Assembly: GCF_009914755.1 (NCBI RefSeq) | Contig: NC_060933.1 | DNA: 64,000 nucleotides | Strand: one strand, 5' to 3' | DNA from: the human T2T-CHM13v2.0 reference genome, Homo sapiens | In this document: piece after piece, positions 26,417 to 40,946 of the stretch | Layout of the letters: every line of letters begins with the position of its first letter | How positions within the stretch are numbered: position 1 is the first letter of the stretch | Made by a program: the position numbers and the translations under genes | Notes under the pieces: generated by a model | Databases searched by the model: none | Told to the model about the DNA's origin: nothing | What the model saw: the letters and a program-made list of their open reading frames with translations, nothing else

Positions 26417-28235
26417 GAGTTTATCTACCTTTGATCTTTGAGTCTGCTGACCTTTGGATGGTTTTTTTGTGGAGACTTTTGTTAATGTTGTTGTTGTTGC
26501 TCTCCATTTGTTTGTTTTTCTTTTAACAGTAAGGCCCCTCTTTCATAGGGCTGCTGTGGTTTGCTGGGGGTCCACTCCAGACCCTATTTACTTAAGTCCC
26601 TCCTGTCCCTTGAGGTGTCATCAGTGGAGGCTACAGAACAGCAAAGATGGCTGCCTGTTCCTTCCTCTGGGAGCTCTGTCCCAGAGTGGCACCGACCCAG
26701 TATCAGTAGGAATGCTCCTGTATAAGGTATCTGGTGACCTCTGTTGTGGGGTCTCACTCAGTCAGGAGGCACAGGATCAGGGACCTGCTTAATGCAGCAC
26801 TCTGGCTGCCTCTTGGTGGAGGTGGTCCTCTGCACTGGGGGGAATCCCACTTGTCCATACTGCCCGATTCCTCAGAGCCAGCAGGGGGAAAGACTAAGTC
26901 TGCTGATACATGGAATCTGCAGCTTCTCTTCCCTCCAGGGGCTCTATTCCAGGGAGATCAGAATTCTGTCCATAAACCCTTGGCTGGAGTTGCTGAAATT
27001 CCCACAGGGAGGCCCCACCTGGTGAGGAGGAATGGGTCCGGGTCTGGCCTAAAGAGGCAGTCTGGCTACAATCTGCCACGGCCACTGTGCTGCACTATGG
27101 GGAATTCCTCCTGGGTCCAAACTACCCAGTTTCCTTGGCACCAGCAGGGAAAAACGGCAGACTGGAGCTGCAGTGATGGCTGCCACTCCTCTCCCAGGGA
27201 GCTGTCATCTTAGTCAGCAAGCAGCCACAGTGATGGTGGCTGCCCCTCCCCCTGGGAACTCTTAGTCTTAGGCAGTCTCGGGCAGTCTCCAGCCAGGCGG
27301 CCACAGAGAATCTGCACATGAGGGGTAAGTGGTGCCAATGAGCCTAGAGAGGTAAGTGAGGATGTGCAAAGCAGAGATTAAGATTTTGATCTTGGCCTTA
27401 GAACAAGAAGTCATTGATGCCATTAAAGGAATCTTAGTTTCATGTTGTTAAAACCAGTCTGTTAGAATTATGAAGAGTAGATTGGATGGGACAAGAAGTG
27501 CATCCAGGTAGGAGGCTGTGCCAGTTCCCAGGCAAGAGCTAATGGAGGTTCAGACTTGGTGGTGCACCAGTGGAAAAATCTGAGGGTTATTAAGAAAGAA
27601 AAGAATGAGACTTGGTGATAGATTGTTATGAGGGGTTATGAAGACTAATAATACTCCTTACCTTTTAGGGAAGTAAGGATGGAATGAGAAAACACAGGAA
27701 CAATGCCTGCACAGAGTAGGCATTCAATAAATATTAGTTTCCTTCCTCATCCTTGAACCTGGGTTTCTGAGGCTCTATCAGCCCTTGAACACTGTCTTGG
27801 AGATGTCAGCCTACAGCTTCAGCTTCCCAGAGGGTTCAAGGGAATCACCTCCCACCTTTCTAGATTCCACACTTTTGCTGCTATTGCCTACCTTGTGGCA
27901 CTTAGTGGGCAGCCATTCCTTATATAGAAATTACTGTCAACCAAGGTCCTCAGGTCTGTGTCTTCATGCTGTCAAAGCCCACCTCTGCCCCATGCACCAT
28001 AGGCCGCAGATGAGGAGAAAGTGCAGATAGGTTAGTCCTCTGCTTAGGTGGAGCTGAGACCCCATGAGGGGGTCTTTTTGATAGCTAAGCCACGGACTGA
28101 GCAATACCTGTCTCCTCAGAAGAGGAGGGTAGGGGGCAGAGGCCATGTGGCTTCTGTCTTTCCCCAGGTAATATATGGGAGGAAGGGATTTGTAAAGAGA
28201 TCATAGGGGAGAAGGTCTCAGCCAGGGCTCAGGCT

Positions 28236-28465
28236 CACATATATATGCAATTGTGTACATGTACCTGTGTACCCAGGGCTGTCTGCAAGTGCATGCTTAT
28301 GAGTTCACATGTAATGGCATTATGTCCATGTGCTTGGCATGCTTGGGCTCAGGTCTGTATGTGCATGCATTTTTCCATGTGTGCACATACATGCTTGGAT
28401 ATGTGGAAAGTAGGTATGTGTGCATGCGTGCACATCATGTATCCATGTGCTCTGTGTGTGTCTCT
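28236..28465. repeat. Degenerate (TG/CA/TA)-rich low-complexity tract
   Basis: Repeated ATGTGCATGC/GTACATGT/GTGTGCAC units over ~230 bp. Confidence 0.75.
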
Positions 28466-29435
28466 GCAGAAGCCTTGGGCCTAAGCAGCCCCACCCCCAG
28501 AGTCACACATGCCCCTGACTGCCAGCAGGTGGCCCCTGAGCACCGTGTGCTGGGCTCTGGGGAAGGGGTCAGTGTGTTCCTGCCTCCCTCTCTTTCCTGA
28601 GAATCCCTGAGGTTAGGAAGTCCAGAGCGTTCTCCACTGCTCTAGCCTCTTGGGACTTTACCCCTGAGGCTCTGTTTACCTGAGATTCCACCCTCTTGCC
28701 ACACAGAGGAGAAGCAAAGCCAGTAGCCAGGGGGCAATCCTGGGCCTAAGGAAGGCAATTCTGACCTGCCTAAGGTCCTGAAAGTATCAGGGCTTACCTT
28801 TACATAGGGCTGCTAAACACCTGTGGTGTTCCTGGCTCTGTGCAAGGCTCTTGCAGAGAGATACTGGCCCAGACCAAGGCAGGCAGCAGGCACATAGGCA
28901 AGCCCTATGCCTGTGCTGAGGCTGGGGAGGAGTGTGGTCTGAGGATGAGGACTGTTCCATCTGGGCCACAGAAGGGGCAGAAGACAGTGCCCAGGGATAC
29001 TTGCTGACCCCTGCTTGAAGTGGCACTGAGGCCAAGCAAGAGAGACAGATGGCATTTCCCTTTCTTGGAAGGGGGGCAATGCTATCATCCATATCTCATA
29101 AAGACAGCAACCAAGTACACAAAGACAGGCAATCTTTATTAATTGTGACTGTATGGCCTCAGGATAGTCAGGAAGGCTTGAAAAGAAAACCAAGGACTCA
29201 GTTGGATTTGACCACATGCACCTGAGAGCCACCAGAATGCCAGAGAGCTCCGTTAGTCCACTCTGCCTGGTTTAGTCCCCATGAATGGCTGTGAGCAGAC
29301 AGGCCCCTGGATGGCTTGTTTCCGGATCTTTGGTGCCTCGCAGAGGGCTGAGCCAGGGTGGACACTCGCTGGTGACTCCATGGTTTGGAGCCTTGGTGGG
29401 CAGTGCCTGGAGCATCTGGGAGGTGGGGTGCCTAA

Positions 29436-30434
<999 letters not shown>

Positions 30435-31049
30435 AAATTGGAGTTTATTTTAAATCAAAAGCCTATTTATTGAGTGCCTACTATTTGCAATCCATGGTTT
30501 TAGATTCTAGTACTAGTTGAGGAACATGGCATATAAGGTCCCTGCTTTCTTGGTAATTTTACTCTAGTAGGGGAGACAAGTAAACAAATGGACATTAATT
30601 TTGGGTGGTAAGTGGTAGGAACACAATGAAACAGGATATGCAACAAAGTTAGGTGCGGGGAGGAAGAGGTGGAGCTCCTTTAGACTGGGTGGTTAAGGAT
30701 GGGCTCTCTGAGGTCATAGCTGAGCTGAGGCCTGAATGATGAGAGTAGGAAGAGCATTCAGAATAAGACTTTGAATGAAGAAAAAGCTCTGTGGAAAAAT
30801 TTGAAAACCACCTAGTTACTCTTCTTTTATATGTATTCATTTAATTAAATTTCAAAAGTAATATGTATTCATCGTAAAAAATTTTCAAACCTTATTATTG
30901 TATTTAAGGTAAAATGTAGAAGCAGCTCCTATCTCCATGTCACCTCCCTCTACCTCCGTTTCCACTTCCTGGAGAAAATCCCTTAATAGGATAGGTAGGT
31001 AATCTCCCAGATTTCTCTCCATGCATTTGCAAATCTATATATATATGTT

Positions 31050-31259
<210 letters not shown>

Positions 31260-31269
31260 TGATTGTCTC

Positions 31270-31860
31270 CTAAAACATTCAAGTTTAACAAGTCCAGAAT
31301 GGTACTCTGGATTCTCTTTACTAAACCTCTTCCTTCTCTGGGCTTTCTCATCTTAGTCACGGCACCACCATCTAACATAGGTTCAGTCCTAACGCTTGGA
31401 GATACTCTTAAGTCGTTATTTGCCATCTGACTAGATGTCCAATCCCCTAGCACATACTGCAGGCTCTACCTCCAAAATCTGCCCAATATCTGGACAATGC
31501 TTACACTCTCCACTGTGTCCAGCCTGATCTAAGCCATCGGCTTACCTTGCCAGGACCTCCCGATTGCACTTCATCCTACCATTGTTATCTTCTACAATCA
31601 TTCTCCACCTAGCAGCTGGAGTGATCTTTTAAACATCATGAATGCAGTCATGTCCCTCCTTGCTTAATACCCCAGTGGCCTCCCATCACCCTCGGGAATA
31701 AAACCCAATCCCTTCACATGAATCCTAAATGATTGGACCATTGTCTTCCTCTCCAATCTCATCTTGTTCCTTTCTTCTCTTATTCATTATCCTCATCTAC
31801 ATTGTACATTCCTTCCTTTTCTCCTTCCTGTTGTATCTGGAGGCCTTGAATTTGCTGGGC
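31270..31860 (+). mobile_element. L2 relic
   Basis: CTCTACCTCCAAAAT, GTGATCTTTTAAA and GGCCTCCCATCACCCTCGGGAATAAAACCCAA L2-type motifs. Confidence 0.65.
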
Positions 31861-31864
31861 TGAT

Positions 31865-32388
<524 letters not shown>

Positions 32389-33355
32389 CTGACTTTAGCT
32401 CAACGTCATCCTCCAGGGAGGCCTCCCGTCATGGCTCCATGTAAAATCACCTCCCTTTCACCCTCCGCTCTCTCCTCCCCCGGCCACCTTCTTTTATTTT
32501 CTGTTTATTATTTCCTTTATAGTATTTACATTATCAGAACTGAACTTCCTTATATGTTTCTTTGTTTCTTGTCTGTCCCTTCCACGTGCTTGGAACACAG
32601 GATCCATGGGGTAGAAAGCTTGACTTTTATCCTTGTTTGCGGACCTAGTGATGGATAAATAAAACTGTTTCCAGATTGTTGCTAATGAACAAGGCTCTAG
32701 TGAACATTACTGTACATATATCTTCGGGTAATCTTTGATAGATATTGTCAAATTACTGACCAAATTATGATATTAACTTGTACTCCCATCGACTTTGATC
32801 AATGGCTTTCTCCATATCTTTGTTAACACTGGATCATACAAATCTTTTCCCTCTTTTTGGCCTATGTTATGAGCAAAAATCAAGTATTTTACTTTGTTTT
32901 AATTTGTATTTCCCTGATTATGTGAAGTTGAATATTTTTTCGTGTGCTTTTTGGTCATTTGTACTTTTTATTTCGATGACAAACATGTTGCTAGCCCCAC
33001 TCTCAAACATGGTTCTGTTTGTAAGAAATAATAAACAACTGGTAGATGATTACAGTGTCTGCTACATGTCATGTGGTTATATATTTTTTTCTGGCTGTTT
33101 ATCTTATTGATTGGTAAGAACTCTTTATGTTTTCTGGAGTTAACTTTGCTGTATGTGTCACAAATATTCTGTTTTTCCTTTGTCTTTCAATATTGCTTAA
33201 GATATTAACATTTTTTTAAAACATGGAGATAGATTCTTAACTTTTCCATTTCTGTTATTGTAAAAATAGCATGTGCACCTGTGAAATGTTTTAAAATCTA
33301 TAAAAAAGTATTCAATGAAAAGTGATTCTCTCCCATGACACTAAGGTAAACTTGT

Positions 33356-33772
33356 TATGTTAGGCCATTCTTCCATTGCTAGAGAAATACCCGAGACTGG
33401 GTAATTTAAAAAGAAAAGAGATTTAATTGGTTCACAGTTCTGCAGGCTTTATAGCAAGCATGGTACTGGCATCTGCTTGGCTTCTGGGGAGACCTCAGGA
33501 AGCTTACAATCATGGCAGAAGGCAAAGGGGGAGCAGGCACGTCACATGGCCAGAGCAGAAGCCAGTGAGAAAGAGTGGAGGAAGGGTGCTGCACACTTTT
33601 AAATGATCAGATCTTATGCGAACTCAGAGTGAGAGCTCACTTGTCACCAAGGGGAAGGCCCAAGTCATTCACGAGGGATCCACCCCCATGATCCAGACAC
33701 ATCCCACTAGGCCCCACCTCCAATACTAATTCAACATGGGATTTGGTGGGGATTTACATTCAAACTACATCA
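33356..33772 (-). mobile_element. MSTA-like MaLR solo LTR
   Basis: GAGACTGGGTAATTTA, CAATCATGGCAGAAGGC; perfect 5-bp TSD CTTGT (33351-33355, 33773-33777). Confidence 0.92.
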
Positions 33773-33950
33773 CTTGTGTATCCTTTCAACATTTTCTTCA
33801 TATGTTTACATGGACATTCATTCATCATTCATTTATCATTCATTTCTCCAGTAAATATTTACAAGTCATTTATACTTTTAATAGATACTTACTGGCTATC
33901 TAGTATGTTCCTGGCATTGTACTAGGTATATAAAAAAAAGATTATATCTA

Positions 33951-33952
33951 TA

Positions 33953-34032
<80 letters not shown>

Positions 34033-34037
34033 TATAG
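33951..34037. repeat. Compound (TG)n(TA)n microsatellite
   Basis: About 11 TG followed by more than 25 TA units. Confidence 0.95.
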
Positions 34038-34099
34038 TCTACCTTTGGTTTTTGGGGGGAAGATGTGCTGTCTTAATTCTTATTTTTACATTTGAGATG

Positions 34100-34720
34100 C
34101 TTCTATACTACCATAAACATATCTACCTCATTGTTTTTAATGTTTATTTTATTTTATGTATATACCAGAATATATTTAATCTGGTCCTTATTGATGAACA
34201 TTTACATTGTTTCCTGTGTTTGCAATTACAAACAATGTTGTAGTGAATATCCCTGTAGCTATATCTCTGCAGGCATGTACAAATATATCTGTAGCACAGA
34301 CTCCTAAAATGGAATTGCATTTTAAGTTTGATAGACATTGCCAAATTGTCCTCCAAAGCTGTGTTCCAATTCACACTCCCGTCAAATGTGTGAGAGCGCC
34401 CATTTCTCTGCTTTATTTGCAGCCCTGGATATTATCAGTCTTAATTTTTTGCAAGCATAATGGGCAAAGAATGACATTTCATTGTTTTATTTTGCATTTA
34501 CCTCATTAGGAGTGAAGCTGAGAATCTTTTCATATGTTTATTGGTCATTTGTATTTCTTCTGTGCTGTCTACACTCTTTCTCTGTGTTTTTATATTGAGT
34601 TGCCTTTAAAAAATTTAAATTGATCTGTAAATTCCATATAGTATGGATATTCATGCCTTGTCTATTATGTGTTGCAAATAATTTTTGCCAAGGTACCCTT
34701 AGTCTTTTAATATTGTTTAT
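34100..34720 (-). mobile_element. L1ME-type relic
   Basis: TTGATGAACATTTACATTGTTTCC, GATAGACATTGCCAAATTGTCCTCCAAA motifs. Confidence 0.7.
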
Positions 34721-34906
34721 GGTAGAACCCCACTTTTTTGATGGAGAACACAGTGTGGTCCTGTGCAGACCACATTTCTATAATGTCTTCCTGCAGATGT
34801 CTGAAACTATGTTTAGGGTAGTTTTTTCTTTTCATTCAAAATTCTTAAATGACTATGGCAGAATCCTGATGTAAAGGCAAGGAAGAATATTTCACTGACT
34901 TTGTGG

Positions 34907-35000
34907 TTGTCATTTTCCTTGTGTTGACAGGGCACTTCCTTATTTTTGTCATTTTCCTTGTGTTGATAGGGTACTTCACCATTTATTTGCACATTTTCCT
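34907..35000. repeat. 39-bp tandem duplication (~2.4 copies)
   Basis: TTGTCATTTTCCTTGTGTTGA(C/T)AGGG(C/T)ACTTC at 34907 and 34946, plus a partial third copy. Confidence 0.85.
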
Positions 35001-37520
35001 ACAAATGAAAGCTTTTTGTTTTTCTGTTTAAAATGTTAGGACTGCATGTCTGTTTTCTAACTTAAAAGGTTGTATTACATGTAACACTGGATGGCCCCTC
35101 ATCCTTGCTTTAAATCATCATTTTAACAACTACTCCAGGGAGTTCTAGTGATTCAGTGGAAATGACTCAGGCGCCATCAGTGGGCGTGGACTAAAGAGGA
35201 TAGGTAGAGGTTCCCACCCTTCTTCCATTTGAAGAGCTGCAATTAGGCTTCTGTATTATTCCTTCTGGAGAAAGCAAGGGTTTTTGTCTTAGCAATCTTG
35301 GACTAGAGTGAGGTCTTTATTTTCTAAAGCTGTGAAGTTCTGGGGACTTCAAAGAATGTACTCCTTTTATATTATAATCTCTCCCTCCCCTCCTAATATG
35401 AGACCTGTCTTCAAGCTTCATTCATTCCAACTTCATTTGGACATAACAGTGCTCAACTCGTACTAGATATTTTCTCTCCATTAAACAAAGCCATATTAGC
35501 TGAATGCTCATAGGTATTCATAGCATAGATTTTGGTTAATAGACCATCATGAAATCATTCTTTTTTTTTTTTTGTGAAAGTACTACGTAGTAAGATTCAT
35601 CAGTCTCTTATTTTTAGAGCAACAGTAACTCACATCTGCTGAAATATATGAAAGTTCCTATTTCAATCAAGAAGTTCATCTGGGGCAAAGGTACAGCAAG
35701 AAAGGAAGCAAGTGGAGGGACATTTCTGAACATAATCACCAATAATTCCCTATAGCTGTCATGGTGCTTTTGACTACAGTACTGGGAACTCCAACCATGA
35801 AGATAATAATGATTTTTTTTTTTTTTTTTTAACAAGAAGCCCACAGTGCTGGTTAATTCAACAGCTCAACAAAGACCAAGGTTTTTTGTATCTTGCACAA
35901 TATGGTCGCTGTGGTTCGGGGGCACGTGCACATGCAACATTGTGTGGTGTTTTCACTGCTGGTGAACTCTCCACCAAGTCTCTTTTCAAGAGTGAAGAAC
36001 CTCCTGTCCCCAACCCAGAAGCTGATTTCCTCATGTCTCATTTGTTGGAACTGAAACACATCTTCACTCCTAAACTGATTACTCCCAAATAGGTGAGATT
36101 AGTTCAATCAATTTACTATCTGTTCAAGATTTTACACTGAGCTGGGGAGAGGGTCATCTTTCCTTGAGTGTTGGTTACCTGGTCATAATCGGAGAAGGTA
36201 TTGTTAGGGGGAAAGCATAGGCAATCAAGAGAGTTGCTAGGATATTGCTTTTATTTTAGTTAATGTTTGTTTTCCAAAACATTAACACAATTATTGTTGA
36301 AGCAACCTGATTTAGTCTTTGGAAATTTTATGGTTCACTTCAAATGATTGTAAATAAGAAAGACAGTGTGCATGTCCATATCTGAAATCTTGTTCCACTT
36401 CTGAAAGGAGCACTGAGTAGGGAGGGGAATAGAACTTTGTTGCTGTGAACAGAATTACTGAATAGTTGGTGTTAAGAAAAAAGAATCAGATTTATTAGAG
36501 GCAGAACTAGATGTACAGTTCCTTTATAATCTCCTCACTCTTCTCTGAATATTTAATACACACTATCCAATTTTAGAATTTCATCTGTTGGAATTTGCAT
36601 CCATCTAGTTTGGCAACAATGGATGGCAACCATCTACTAATGAGTTTTAATAAATGAATTAGTTATTATGATTTTGTTTTAGATTGGTTGAAAGGAGTTT
36701 GGGCATAACAGTGCTCAACTGGTTCTAGATATTTTCTCTCCATTAAACAAAGCAATATATATATATATATATATGATTTTTTTTCAGATAGCAATTTGCA
36801 GGTTCCACATGTTGTCTAAAGAAAACAATGGTGGGGAACAACTTGGATTGTGCTAGTGGGGTATTACATACCTTCATGAAAGTTGACTCTGTGGTAGGTA
36901 AAGTTTGCAAGGTACAGATTTCCATGGACAGAGATAAAATTGTATGTGTTCTGACTAAAGCCACTGCTGGGCTCTGAAGACACTGAAAATCTAGTTAAGT
37001 TACATGCAGTGCATACTGTTCAGAGCATGGCAAGAGTAACAAGAAGATTATGCACTGGGTCAGGACGCATGTGGTGCCCAAGGAAGAGCACCAACTCCAG
37101 AAGACATGAATTATACGATAGGTAGCTCCAAGCTATTTGAGCTGAAATTGACCCTTCGGGGTCTGGAACCGAGTTCAAATTTCCTCATGCTGTCATGCCA
37201 TGGAATGCAGAAAGGGGAAGAGCAGAGAAGTCTCACCTCTTACTAGGCTTTTATATGCTTGCAAACAGCAGAACTTATTCTCCAAAGTAATTTTTCTTCA
37301 TGCATCCAGACCTTTGAACCGTGCAGCCCAGAGTCAAGCCTTGAGCTTCTATAGCAAGTCATCTTGAAATTCAATGCCATTCTCAGCCTTGGCAAATATA
37401 TTTTTCCACTGCCTGGGAGCTCCAGAGACCTGGTGGTCCTGACCTACTGAGGGTTGGAGCTAAAGAGACATGCTGATGATGGTGGTCTCGGGATGGGAAT
37501 GAGTAGCAAACAAAGGATGA

Positions 37521-37522
<2 letters not shown>

Positions 37523-37551
<29 letters not shown>

Positions 37552-37560
37552 CAGGGCGGG

Positions 37561-37596
<36 letters not shown>

Positions 37597-37639
37597 AGAT
37601 AGAGAGACAGAGAGAGAGAGACTGAGAGACTGAGAGAGA
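37523..37639. repeat. Compound (TG)n-spacer-(TG)n(GA)n microsatellite
   Basis: Two TG runs of ~14-15 units separated by CAGGGCGGGAGAG, then a GA-rich run. Confidence 0.95.
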
Positions 37640-39019
37640 ATGTACCTGTTTCTAAGAGAAGCCCTGGTAACAGGTTTCTGGGTAAATGAAAGTTGTATTG
37701 TCTTCCATCAGAGATGACTTGAAAATAAAGTGCTTTAATGCTAATACTGCAGATGTCTGCAGGAAACTCAGCACCACACTGAACACTGTAGTTAGTTAGC
37801 TGTGCAAAAAAGTACATGAAGGAAAGGGCTAATGTGCAATACTTCTATTTAAGATAGAAGGAGGAAATAGAAATTGTGATAGCATGCTATTTCAAGTAAT
37901 AATAGAAAGTACTTGATGTTTACATGGTGAATGGATCAATACTAATTGTGTAGTCAGCGCACATACAGTAGTTTGGATTATACAAGTGATAGATGCACTC
38001 AGTATAGCTGAAATTTCCACCCTGCAACATTTATTTCTTGCTGCGTGTTAGATGGAATTTTCCACCCAACTATCTGGAAGGATTTGCATAAGAATGGTGA
38101 TAGAGCAGTATTCTTTAATGATGTGCTTTTCTTTGTTAAACTTCAAAAATGTCTATGGTGCATGATGAGGTTTGGGTGAATTGCCAAGCTAATGCTTTTA
38201 TATTTTCTTTAAAGAGCTTATCTTCACTGTGTTGTGGGAGTTACTTTATATTGTGGTTATAAAGGCAGTGGCAGTAAAGTCGAATTTGTAGCAACCCCCA
38301 ATAAATGCCTCCTCCTCCTCAAGAGCTTGGTCCTGTTAAGAAGGGAATTTGGGAAGGCACTTGGCTGCTACTGGTTCAACTGCAAGGAGTCCGTTGAACT
38401 CATTTTATGTTCTGTACCTGGTTCTGCTCACCAAGAAGTGAGGAGGCCATTCTCCAGCTCCAGCTCAAACAATGACCTCTTGTTAGCCTAAATCAGCACC
38501 GTTCTGTCAGACAGGCTTGAGATCAGCCCAAAGTCTGGTGCTTTCATGAAGTTGAGTTGAATTATTCAGATGAGAGTCTGGGAGCAAATGCTGTTCGAAA
38601 AGTGACCTTTTTGTCCTCCCCACAAGAACCTAATGTTTACAATGTGAGGAGGAAAAGGGACTGGAATCTTGGGAATTCCAGGAATGCAGTCACCAAGCAA
38701 AAGAAGACTCACTCTCCAGATTTTGCTCCTCAGCAAGGATTTGCAAGTACAAAAGTGGAAAAACAAAACCCCAAAGCTGGAGCTCAGAAGGGTAGTCCAA
38801 TAGAGGACTTCACATTAACCACAGTTTCAATGAAACAAAGAATTTTGAAACCCAAGTGTGGAAGGAAGCTTAGAGGTCACTTAATCTGACCCTTTGCCTA
38901 ATGCATGCATCTTTTTCCCAACACAGCTTTGCAGCTCATTGATCATAAATTGTTGCATGAATACAGCCAAGGACAAAGAATTCACTTTCTCCCAACAGCA
39001 AGGATAACAGATGACATGA

Positions 39020-39210
39020 TATGGAGGACTTACTATGCACCAGGCATAGTGGCAAGCCCTTGAGATTCATTATCCTATTTAATGTGCACAGCAGCCTTAT
39101 GAGGTAGGTAGTTATTGTCATTCCCATTTTACAGATGGGGAAATGGAAGCTTTCTGTGTTGCAGGAAAGGGATTTAAGCCCACAAAGCTCCAGTTTTATG
39201 TCCTTAACCC
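39020..39210 (-). mobile_element. MIR
   Basis: ATGAGGTAGGTAGTTATTGTCATTCCCATTTTACAGATGGGGAAA. Confidence 0.75.
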
Positions 39211-40200
39211 CTAGACTCCTCTGCCCAGCCTGTTGCAACATTGGTAGTGCTGATCATTACTCTTCTTTCCTTTGGAGACACTTGGAACACACCTTGCTCC
39301 TTTTTTTACATGATAGCTCTTCAAGCGTTTGAGGCAGCTTTCCTGTCCCTCTTCTGGTTTCTCAGTTCTTTTTCTTTCTTTTTAATTCCAAGAAAACATT
39401 CTCCTTTGGCTCAGTTTGATGAGTTCCTCTAGAAACATTTCTGTTTACCAATGCTCTTCTCAAAGCATTTCATTTATTTATTGAACATTTTACAGAAACC
39501 TCATACTTTTGCTTTCTTTTATTAGGAGACAGTGGGCTTTATTGGTGACATCTAACCATGAAGGCATCTATTTTGGGTGCCCAGGGAGCCTTTCCAAAGA
39601 GCACATGATGAACTTTTTCCACAGCCCTTTATAGGGAGAAGGCATTAAAAAAATCCAAAGCATTAAAATAAGCCAGGATTGAGCTTCTATGTCATCCCTG
39701 GTAGAAAAGGCAATGTCAGAATAAAGAATAGGAAGCTTTCTTACAAAGCTTTAGTGGTGGTCCTTCAGGGTCCTGTGGGAGAACTGCTCTTGGTTGCAAA
39801 GACAGATCTAATTCAGCTTCTGACCTGGATTCTCTGAAGCTCACTGGCAGGTCACCAAGCCCCTCTGCATTTGCTTCCCGGCTTGTGAAAGGTGATCATG
39901 TTGTTGACACTCTGGTGTTATATTTCTTATGGAGCGAGTTCTGACTCAGAATCAGGCAACCTGGGGCTTGTTGCACACCCTTGGGTGAATCACTGTTCCT
40001 CTCTGGGCTTTAGTGTCCTCAGGTGTAAAGTGAAGATAAGTAAGTCTTTATAACCAGGTTTGGAAAAACTTAAATGAAGTTACGTTTGTGAGAGCACCAA
40101 GCTTCGTAAAAGTTAGTTGAATTGGTCTGTAATGAACCTTGTGTAGGTCTTGCAGGGTTTAAGACTATGTCTCATGTAAAATTGCAGTTCATCATAGTAG

Positions 40201-40946
40201 TGAGGACTAAACTGACCTTTTTCTTCTCTCGCCCAAATTCTTATTGAAGGGGCCTGGGGAGTAACACGCTACAAACCACAAAGTCTCATCAGAAGGGTAT
40301 TATTTACGCCTACATAAGGCGGCTTACTTTCCAGTCTGACTCTGGCATAGCATCACATGATAAAGAAGGAAATAAAAATATTTTAACCCCAAATATGTTT
40401 TATTTGCCCTATCTTGAAATACTCCTGCAAAGCTGACTCTTGTGGGGAAAATCTCCATTCTGAAGAGAATCCCCTTCCTTTTCTTTCCTTTTTCCTAATC
40501 CAGGAGAGAATCAACTTTGAGAAGAAACATTTTCAATCTGTTCTCTCTGAAGCCTGCTACCTGGAGACTTCCTCTGCATAATGGGAACTCTGGTCTCCAC
40601 AAACGCTTTTTTTAACTCAGACATTGCTTTCTATTAATTCTGAGGCGTTAGATAATAATTTAACTTTTTCAACCAATTGCTAATCAGAAAATCTTTGAAT
40701 CTGCCTGTGACCTGGAAGCCCCTGCTTCCAGCGTCCTGCATTTCCAGACCGAAGCAATGAACATCTTACATGTATTGATTGATGTCTTATGTCTCCCTAA
40801 GATGTATAAATTCAAGCCCTATCTTGACTACCTTGGGCACGTGTTCTCAGGATGTCCTGGGGCTGTGTCATGGACTGTGGTCACTTATATTTGGCTCAGG
40901 ATAAATCCCTTCAAAATATTTTAGAGTTTGACTCTTTTTGTTGATA
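40201..40946 (+). mobile_element. MER4-group (ERV1) solo LTR
   Basis: TGAGGACTAAACTGACC...GCCCAAATTC...AGAGTTTGACTCTTTTTGTTGATA; 4-bp TSD GTAG (40197-40200, 40947-40950). Confidence 0.9.

Noticed and set aside
33956-34243. ORF with a YIYIYI repeat, and similar LSLSLS/HTHT ORFs
   Set aside because: Translation of microsatellites.
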